A stretch of DNA of 64,000 nt from Octopus bimaculoides (taxonomy: Eukaryota): positions 67,383,408 to 67,447,407 of the forward strand of contig NC_068989.1 of NCBI RefSeq assembly GCF_001194135.2, written 5' to 3'. Below the pieces are notes generated by a model. The model ran no database searches. It was not told where the DNA came from and was given only the letters and a program-made list of their open reading frames with translations. Shown one piece after another: positions 61,142-64,000 of this stretch. How positions within the stretch are numbered: position 1 is the stretch's first letter; each line of letters opens with the position of its first letter. A program made the position numbers and the translations under genes.

Positions 61142-63478
61142 TTAACAGGGAACACTACTAAAGTAACTTGTGCTACACAACAGAATGGTTGCGACAGGCT
61201 TCTGCCATGTTGTCATTTTACAACCTGATACCTTAACCTCACAAATAATAGATCTTCATTTACATTAAAAATTATATTAGGATTTTGAATAGGTTCATAT
61301 TTCACTGATAGAATACCTTTATAAATTTTCTAAGATTTACTGCTTTATTTTCATTGGCCTGCTTTAATCATTATTACACTTTTGATACCGAAACCACTTG
61401 AGACTACTCCTGGTCCTTTGAGACATATTTCTTGTTTTAAAGGGATCTAAATTAAAACTTCTTATCAAAATTTCCTGTTAATATACATTCCAACACCAAT
61501 ATAATAATGACAAAGTTATTTTTATTAATCTCTTCATTATTTTCAAAAGTTATTGAATCAAATGCAGTGTATTTCAGTTGAAATCATCATCATCATCATC
61601 ATCGTTTAACATCCGCTTTCCATGCTAGCATGGGTTGGACGATTTGACTGAGGACTGGTGAAACCAGATGGCTGCACCAGGCTCCAATCTGATTCGGCAG
61701 AGTTTCTACAGCTGGATGCCCTTCCTAACGCCAACCACTCCGAGAGTGTAGTAGGTGCTTTTACGTGCCACCTGCACGAAGGCCAGTCAGGTGGTACTGG
61801 CAACGGGCATGCTCAAAATGGTGTATTTTATGTGCCACCCGCACAAGAGCCAGTCATGGGGCACTGGCAACGATCTTGCTTGAAAATCCTTACACANNNN
61901 NNNNNNNNNNNNNNNNNNNNNNNNNNNNNNNNNNNNNNNNNNNNNNNNNNNNNNNNNNNNNNNNNNNNNNNNNNNNNNNNNNNNNNNNNNNNNNNNNNNN
62001 NNNNNNNNNNNNNNNNNNNNNNNNNNNNNNNNNNNNNNNNNNNNNNNNNNNNNNNNNNNNNNNNNNNNNNNNNNNNNNNNNNNNNNNNNNNNNNNNNNNN
62101 NNNNNNNNNNNNNNNNNNNNNNNNNNNNNNNNNNNNNNNNNNNNNNNNNNNNNNNNNNNNNNNNNNNNNNNNNNNNNNNNNNNNNNNNNNNNNNNNNNNN
62201 NNNNNNNNNNNNNNNNNNNNNNNNNNNNNNNNNNNNNNNNNNNNNNNNNNNNNNNNNNNNNNNNNNNNNNNNNNNNNNNNNNNNNNNNNNNNNNNNNNNN
62301 NNNNNNNNNNNNNNNNNNNNNNNNNNNNNNNNNNNNNNNNNNNNNNNNNNNNNNNNNNNNNNNNNNNNNNNNNNNNNNNNNNNNNNNNNNNNNNNNNNNN
62401 NNNNNNNNNNNNNNNNNNNNNNNNNNNNNNNNNNNNNNNNNNNNNNNNNNNNNNNNNNNNNNNNNNNNNNNNNNNNNNNNNNNNNNNNNNNNNNNNNNNN
62501 NNNNNNNNNNNNNNNNNNNNNNNNNNNNNNNNNNNNNNNNNNNNNNNNNNNNNNNNNNNNNNNNNNNNNNNNNNNNNNNNNNNNNNNNNNNNNNNNNNNN
62601 NNNNNNNNNNNNNNNNNNNNNNNNNNNNNNNNNNNNNNNNNNNNNNNNNNNNNNNNNNNNNNNNNNNNNNNNNNNNNNNNNNNNNNNNNNNNNNNNNNNN
62701 NNNNNNNNNNNNNNNNNNNNNNNNNNNNNNNNGTACTGGACCAAATATTCAGGAAACTTAAAACTTAAAGTGGCCTGGATTTCTGGATTCTTTTGTTTTC
62801 TGGAGACAGTTTAAATATATACTTAAATTATAAAAAGTAAAGAACTAAATTGTATTTAACAAATTCAAATTAATGCACTTCTAAAGCAGGATCTGTTTGT
62901 TATTAACCCACTTAAAATGTGTCATACTGCACAGTAAAATATTTATAGGATGAAAATTAAGTGAAGAAAAGGAGAGAAAACTATTTTGTTTAACAGACAC
63001 AGGTACAAATTGTTACACTTTTGAAGAAGTGTATGTTTAATCTTTATCAATCCACTTAACAAAAATAAAGGACAAAACGATATTTTAACGCACTGTATTC
63101 AGATTAACCAACTTTAAAGTACAGGATATTGTGCACATTATTACTAGATTTCTGGAAGCCAGTTAAGAGGCCAGTTACTGTATAAAAATGAATTGAATGT
63201 AATTTTTGTTCAATATGGAAGTCGTATTATAATTTTAAATTAAAAAAACAGTTTTTTTTCTTTTTCAATTTATCAAATTTTAATATCTTGGTAATGTCAT
63301 AGTGCTCTTTTCTATCTTTCATTTCTTTTTTATAATTTGAACTTAATTTTATCCTGTTGCTATAGGATGTCTTACAGGCGACAGAAGCGATGGTGGAATG
63401 CCTATATATTGTTCTATGAACGAATAGAACCTCAAGTTGACTTAGCCGAGGTCTCAAAACGAGTACTAGACCTTACAA
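426..63478 (+). CDS. USP9X: Ubiquitin carboxyl-terminal hydrolase FAF/USP9X orthologue, partial multi-exon gene (38 internal exons; 5' and 3' ends outside window)
   Basis: Hand-spliced exons give motifs I recognise from USP9X/Faf: [127 protein letters not shown]. All introns GT-AG; exons 1-37 sum to 4827 nt with matching phases. Confidence 0.97.
968..1345 (+). mobile_element. RTE-clade LINE, 5'-truncated 3' fragment
   Basis: ORF end [44 protein letters not shown]...[10 protein letters not shown] is typical of an RTE ORF2 C-terminus (RLRWYGHV, RGRP.KTW). Confidence 0.85.
1663..2100 (+). mobile_element. tRNA-derived SINE family 1A with RTE-like 3' tail
   Basis: Head ggttgtgtgggtaagaagttcgc...caccttgggtgagtg; tail ggttggcaacaggaagagcatccag...ggacattaaaacaatgatgatg. 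Other copies at about 12715-13103, 14855-15250, 16135-16525, 27730-28140, 31240-31685 (+) and 36440-36865 (-). Confidence 0.75.
2362..2500 (+). CDS. USP9X: USP9X exon 2
   Basis: acag|G CTT...GCA|gtaagg; [46 protein letters not shown]. Confidence 0.95.
2797..2949 (+). CDS. USP9X: USP9X exon 3
   Basis: ctcag|GAA...CAG|gtaaag; [51 protein letters not shown]. Confidence 0.96.
3170..3590 (+). mobile_element. RTE-associated 3' UTR fragment with about 66-bp internal tandem repeat and (ATG)n tail
   Basis: Shares ggcacgtaaaagcaccc...ggaagggcatccagctgtagaaac...acccatgctagcat...gttaaac(gat)n with the RTE tail at 5520-5810; about 3.5 units of a 66-bp repeat at 3210-3430. Confidence 0.75.
5520..7190 (-). 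mobile_element. RTE-clade LINE, degenerate RT to 3' UTR with (ATG)n tail
   Basis: Minus strand: [30 protein letters not shown] (decayed YADD), [47 protein letters not shown]; then 3' UTR ending in gatgatgatg at about 5520. Confidence 0.9.
7560..8100 (+). mobile_element. Highly decayed CR1/Jockey-group LINE RT C-terminus
   Basis: Residual motifs [16 protein letters not shown] (cf. QWG..NLV.FN..KT), [12 protein letters not shown] (cf. LDRIQKRAIRLI), [14 protein letters not shown] (cf. SLSLFYRYYNG.C). Confidence 0.55.
8185..8289 (+). CDS. USP9X: USP9X exon 4
   Basis: ttcag|TCT...CAA|gtgagt; [35 protein letters not shown]. Confidence 0.96.
9135..9225 (+). mobile_element. Helitron 3' terminus (5' end uncertain; may extend to about 8420 across the gap)
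   Basis: Hairpin acccgg-gcaacg-ccgggt (9197-9214), then CTAG (9222-9225) and T; candidate A|TC start tctctatatataaag at 9135. Confidence 0.7.
9884..9982 (+). CDS. USP9X: USP9X exon 5
   Basis: tatag|GGA...AAG|gtttgt; [33 protein letters not shown]. Confidence 0.95.
10980..11350 (+). mobile_element. tRNA-derived SINE family 1B
   Basis: ggtgcaggagtggctgtgtggtagg (A-box-like), gggttcagtccc (B-box-like), different 3' half ending taaaagaata. Confidence 0.75.
11370..11640 (+). mobile_element. RTE 3' end (last ORF codons plus 3' UTR)
   Basis: gccatgcttgagaagaagacccatcaagccaagtg (ORF end) followed by the same 3' UTR and (atg)n tail. Confidence 0.75.
11700..12270 (-). mobile_element. Decayed CR1 LINE 3' end
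   Basis: Minus strand: [20 protein letters not shown]...[21 protein letters not shown], then remnants of FRKHFFT.R...WNKLP. Confidence 0.6.
12474..12581 (+). CDS. USP9X: USP9X exon 6
   Basis: ttcag|GTT...CAG|gtaaat; [36 protein letters not shown]. Confidence 0.96.
14646..14762 (+). CDS. USP9X: USP9X exon 7
   Basis: ctcag|GAT...GAA|gtaagt; [39 protein letters not shown]. Confidence 0.95.
15612..15900 (+). mobile_element. tRNA-derived SINE family 3, two tandem 5' halves
   Basis: tggctcagtgg (A box), ggtttcgatacc (B box), gtgttc(a/t)tgagcaaaacacttcattt. Other copies at about 7262-7535 (+), 13520-13865 (-), 35560-35770 (-) and 51735-51990 (-). Confidence 0.7.
16824..16974 (+). CDS. USP9X: USP9X exon 8
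   Basis: tgcag|ACA...AAA G|gtaaac; [50 protein letters not shown]. Confidence 0.92.
18500..19975 (-). mobile_element. Head-to-tail array of 7 diverged tRNA-derived SINE copies (family 2)
   Basis: Core aaaggatgaaaggcaaagt(t/c)gacc recurs near 18597, 18815, 18983, 19220, 19417, 19621 and 19860. Minus-strand A box (TGGCAGAAT) and B box (GTTCAAATTC) are visible in the better-preserved copies; (AAT)n runs lie between most copies. Confidence 0.85.
20182..20269 (+). CDS. USP9X: USP9X exon 9
   Basis: tttag|AA CAT...CG|gtttgt; (E)[29 protein letters not shown]. Confidence 0.93.
20755..20966 (-). mobile_element. piggyBac-like MITE family B
   Basis: ttaa|CCCTTTTGTTAC...GGTATCAAAAGGG|ttaa. Confidence 0.78.
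21922..22140 (-). mobile_element. piggyBac-like MITE family B
   Basis: ttaa|CCCTTTTGATAC...GTATCAAAATGG|ttaa; interior matches the 20755 copy. Confidence 0.75.
22234..22285 (+). CDS. USP9X: USP9X exon 10
   Basis: taaag|G TTT...CAG|gtatta; [17 protein letters not shown]. Confidence 0.93.
24797..25497. mobile_element. Non-autonomous TIR DNA transposon with perfect 28-bp TIR and 8-bp TSD (Merlin-like by termini)
   Basis: TIR ggatcttgttcaaaacgggggcaccagt (24797-24824) is the exact reverse complement of 25470-25497; AGATAATG lies directly on both sides; interior partly N (24965-25303). Confidence 0.88.
25735..25806 (+). CDS. USP9X: USP9X exon 11
   Basis: ttcag|ATT...AAG|gtaata; [24 protein letters not shown]. 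Confidence 0.95.
25849..26070 (+). mobile_element. piggyBac-like MITE family A (partial second copy to 26188)
   Basis: tcaa|CCCTTTAGCATT...AATGCTAAAGGG|ttaa. Confidence 0.75.
26195..26610 (+). mobile_element. Two tandem SINE family 2 copies
   Basis: ctagcagaatcgttaat and gctggcagaatcatc heads, each followed by the tttcatcc...gataaaataaagtaccag core. Confidence 0.7.
26650..26925 (+). repeat. Minisatellite, about 26-bp unit, about 10 copies
   Basis: Units such as gtgctggtgacacatgaaaggtacct and gtgctggtgacacagaaaaggcactt. Confidence 0.8.
27468..27571 (+). CDS. USP9X: USP9X exon 12
   Basis: ttcag|TTA...AA|gtaagt; [34 protein letters not shown]. Confidence 0.95.
28310..28520 (-). mobile_element. 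piggyBac-like MITE family B (decayed)
   Basis: ttaa|CTCTTCTTACCATATTTCTG...TAAAAGG|ttaa. Confidence 0.65.
29385..29502 (+). CDS. USP9X: USP9X exon 13
   Basis: tttag|T TGT...AGG|gtatgt; [39 protein letters not shown]. Confidence 0.95.
29870..30177 (+). CDS. USP9X: USP9X exon 14
   Basis: ttcag|GTA...AG|gtaggt; [29 protein letters not shown]...[28 protein letters not shown]. Confidence 0.95.
30266..31079. mobile_element. Foldback/long-TIR element (arms about 280-300 bp) related to the 24797 element
   Basis: 30266-30550 is an imperfect reverse complement of about 30775-31079; ends are agatc and gatcc; degenerate TTAGGG repeats in the spacer; TSD not clean. Confidence 0.82.
31759..32150 (-). 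mobile_element. tRNA-derived SINE family 1B
   Basis: Reverse complement closely matches 10980-11350. Confidence 0.75.
32481..32721 (+). CDS. USP9X: USP9X exon 15 (ubiquitin-like domain)
   Basis: tgcag|A GCT...ACT|gtaagt; [45 protein letters not shown]...[11 protein letters not shown]. Confidence 0.96.
32870..33080 (+). mobile_element. SINE family 2 copy
   Basis: gctgacaaaatcgttagc (A box), gagttcaaattcc (B box), core, and tail gtgccaaaattggaaac. Confidence 0.75.
33434..33571 (+). CDS. USP9X: USP9X exon 16
   Basis: ttcag|GCC...GTG|gtaagt; [46 protein letters not shown]. Confidence 0.95.
34400..34740 (-). mobile_element. RTE-associated 3' UTR fragment (young subfamily)
   Basis: Near-identical in reverse complement to 3300-3590. 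Confidence 0.75.
35187..35307 (+). CDS. USP9X: USP9X exon 17
   Basis: tctag|CTT...GCT G|gtatga; [40 protein letters not shown]. Confidence 0.93.
35794..36307 (+). mobile_element. R4/Dong-type non-LTR retrotransposon, 5'-truncated; restriction-like endonuclease (RLE) domain plus 3' UTR
   Basis: Stop-free frame 35794-36210: [74 protein letters not shown]...[15 protein letters not shown] (RPD..D..K PD-(D/E)xK motif). Flanked by (AAT)6 and (AAT)14. Confidence 0.88.
37221..37348 (+). CDS. USP9X: USP9X exon 18
   Basis: tgtag|AT ACC...GAG|gtatgt; (D)[42 protein letters not shown]. Confidence 0.93.
37506..37568 (+). CDS. USP9X: USP9X exon 19
   Basis: tttag|GTG...CAG|gtattg; [21 protein letters not shown]. 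Confidence 0.95.
38832..39051 (-). mobile_element. piggyBac-like MITE family A
   Basis: ttaa|CCCTTTAGCAAT...ATTATTAAAGGG|ttaa; reverse complement of the 25849 copy. Decayed copies at about 34755-34933 and 45812-46036. Confidence 0.78.
39182..39273 (+). CDS. USP9X: USP9X exon 20
   Basis: tccag|TAT...AG|gtaagt; [31 protein letters not shown]. Confidence 0.95.
39310..40260 (-). mobile_element. Gypsy/Ty3 LTR retrotransposon pol relic (protease-RT)
   Basis: Minus strand: [77 protein letters not shown]; stops and frameshifts; no LTR seen. Confidence 0.8.
40770..41007 (+). CDS. USP9X: USP9X exon 21
   Basis: tttag|G AGT...CAG|gtaaaa; [23 protein letters not shown]...[18 protein letters not shown]. 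Confidence 0.94.
41264..41466 (-). mobile_element. piggyBac-like MITE family B
   Basis: ttaa|GCCTTTTGTTAAC...GTATCAAAAGGG|ttaa. Confidence 0.7.
43135..43260 (+). CDS. USP9X: USP9X exon 22
   Basis: tctag|GCT...AAG|gtaagg; [42 protein letters not shown]. Confidence 0.94.
43396..43556 (+). CDS. USP9X: USP9X exon 23
   Basis: tgcag|GGT...AG|gtatgt; [54 protein letters not shown]. Confidence 0.95.
43726..43834 (+). CDS. USP9X: USP9X exon 24
   Basis: ttcag|G GAG...TCT|gtaagt; [36 protein letters not shown]. Confidence 0.95.
44427..44482 (+). CDS. USP9X: USP9X exon 25
   Basis: ttcag|AGT...CG|gtatgt; [19 protein letters not shown]. Confidence 0.92.
46117..46207 (+). CDS. USP9X: USP9X exon 26
   Basis: ttcag|G CTA...CGT|gtaagt; [30 protein letters not shown]. 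Confidence 0.95.
47875..48021 (+). CDS. USP9X: USP9X exon 27
   Basis: ttcag|GAG...AGA|gtatgt; [49 protein letters not shown]. Confidence 0.95.
48137..48344 (+). CDS. USP9X: USP9X exon 28
   Basis: ttcag|GAA...ACA G|gttagt; [19 protein letters not shown]...[18 protein letters not shown]. Confidence 0.95.
49468..49687 (-). mobile_element. piggyBac-like MITE family B
   Basis: ttaa|CCCTTTTGTTAACC...GGTATCAAAAGGG|ttaa. Confidence 0.78.
49883..50019 (+). CDS. USP9X: USP9X exon 29 (Cys box; catalytic Cys codon 49993-49995); alternative in-frame acceptor at 49904
   Basis: tccag|AT GAA...CAG|gttagc; (D)[45 protein letters not shown]. 5' boundary ambiguous (49883 or 49904). Confidence 0.9.
50595..50696 (+). 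CDS. USP9X: USP9X exon 30
   Basis: ttcag|CTC...GAG|gtaaaa; [34 protein letters not shown]. Confidence 0.95.
51344..51519 (+). CDS. USP9X: USP9X exon 31
   Basis: cttag|ACA...AA|gtaagt; [58 protein letters not shown]. Confidence 0.95.
52359..52443 (+). repeat. Compound (CA)n(CT)n microsatellite
   Basis: Direct read of the sequence. Confidence 0.92.
52626..52799 (+). CDS. USP9X: USP9X exon 32
   Basis: ttcag|G TTA...AG|gtaagt; [58 protein letters not shown]. Confidence 0.97.
53565..53706 (+). CDS. USP9X: USP9X exon 33
   Basis: ttcag|A TAT...AAG|gtatgt; [47 protein letters not shown]. Confidence 0.97.
54482..54697 (+). mobile_element. piggyBac-like MITE family B
   Basis: tcaa|CCCTTTTGATACC...ACTAAAGCG|ttaa; reverse complement of the 49468 copy. 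Another partial copy at about 61378-61584. Confidence 0.72.
54763..54848 (+). CDS. USP9X: USP9X exon 34
   Basis: ttcag|GTA...CG|gtaagt; [29 protein letters not shown]. Confidence 0.97.
54974..55065 (+). CDS. USP9X: USP9X exon 35
   Basis: tgcag|A GAA...GAA G|gtaaac; [30 protein letters not shown]. Confidence 0.97.
56096..56260 (-). mobile_element. RTE-associated 3' UTR fragment abutting an assembly gap
   Basis: Same sequence as 34440-34620; truncated by the N run 55943-56095. Confidence 0.7.
56717..56739 (+). repeat. Short interstitial telomere-type repeat (TTAGGG)3 TTAGG
   Basis: Direct read of the sequence. Confidence 0.85.
56945..57065 (+). CDS. USP9X: USP9X exon 36 (His box; His codon 57040-57042)
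   Basis: ttcag|GA GAA...AG|gtaaaa; (G)[40 protein letters not shown]. Confidence 0.97.
57306..58100 (-). mobile_element. Internally deleted Tc1/mariner-superfamily element, DD37D/maT-like
   Basis: Inverted ends gtgtcccaaaattaaggcaacc and ggttgccttaattcctggacaccctg, followed by TA. Minus strand: HTH region [49 protein letters not shown]; C-terminal catalytic region deleted. Confidence 0.82.
59461..59513 (+). repeat. (CA)n microsatellite
   Basis: Direct read of the sequence. Confidence 0.95.
59845..59923 (+). CDS. USP9X: USP9X exon 37 (WYKFDD motif)
   Basis: cacag|A GGT...GAG|gtaaac; [26 protein letters not shown]. Confidence 0.96.
61091..61138 (+). repeat. (TA)n microsatellite
   Basis: Direct read of the sequence. 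Confidence 0.95.
61584..61896 (-). mobile_element. RTE-associated 3' UTR fragment abutting an assembly gap
   Basis: (cat)n tail then the same sequence as 34400-34700; runs into the N gap at 61897. Confidence 0.75.
61897..62732. other. Assembly gap (836 N), probable location of the missing USP9X exon
   Basis: N run; exon phase mismatch on either side. Other gaps: 6534-6546, 8585-9034, 24965-25303, 55943-56095, 57160-57259 and two more short runs. Confidence 0.8.
63366..63478 (+). CDS. USP9X: USP9X exon 38 as seen (one exon upstream is missing)
   Basis: tatag|G ATG...ACA A|gtaaga; [37 protein letters not shown]. It needs a phase-2 intron upstream, but exon 37 ends in phase 0. Confidence 0.93.
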
Positions 63479-63703
63479 GTAAGATTCAGTTTTCAATCAT
63501 GCATCATTGAAAGATTTTTTATTTTTCTCTTGTTTCATACATCTTCAGTGTCCATAAATTCTAAACAGTAATTTATTACTATAGGCACAGGCATAGCTGT
63601 GTGGTAAGGCGTTTTCTCCCAAGCCACATGGTCCTTGGTTCAGTCCCTTTACATGGACCAAAGCCTTGCGGGCGGATTTAGTTGATGGAAACTGTTTAGA
63701 GGC

Positions 63704-63705
<2 letters not shown>

Positions 63706-63798
<93 letters not shown>
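63706..63798 (+). repeat. (CT)n microsatellite
   Basis: Direct read of the sequence. Confidence 0.95.
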
Positions 63799-63802
<4 letters not shown>

Positions 63803-64000
63803 GCTTTTTAAAGAATTAAAATTGTTATGCCCAAGTACAATATGATTCAAATATATATGCAATGTATATGTTTGGACATTTAATATAAAAATTCTAATTT
63901 TCAGACCTCTGTTCCAAACTTTTGGCTACAGCTGTATATACAATCACACAGAAAATCCTAGGACATGGATACACAATCAAGTTTATGCAATCACAGAACT

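Noticed and set aside
426-63478. Non-canonical (GC-AG or AT-AC/U12) introns or duplicated mutually exclusive exons
   Set aside because: All traced boundaries are GT-AG, and I saw no paralogous exon copies in the introns.

Overview
AT-rich, repeat-dense metazoan genomic DNA, most likely an octopus or other coleoid cephalopod (inferred from the repeat families; not verifiable here). The whole window lies inside one + strand gene, the USP9X/fat facets deubiquitinase orthologue. I traced 38 internal coding exons (426..63478, about 4.9 kb of CDS). All introns are GT-AG, and the frame is continuous through exon 37. The exons cover the N-terminal helical region, the Ubl domain and the USP catalytic domain (Cys box, zinc-finger CxxC pairs, His box). 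Start and stop codons are outside the window. One short exon (vertebrate [21 protein letters not shown]-like) is absent and probably sits in the N gap at 61897-62732. Introns hold RTE, CR1-like and R4/Dong-type LINE fragments, three tRNA-derived SINE families, two TTAA piggyBac-like MITE families, a GGATC-ended TIR family (8-bp TSD), a Helitron 3' end, a DD37D/maT-like relic and a Gypsy pol relic. I found no evidence for a wholly new gene system. The best leads are mobile-element behaviours and one candidate in-frame alternative acceptor just before the catalytic Cys box. Repeat coordinates are approximate unless termini are quoted.
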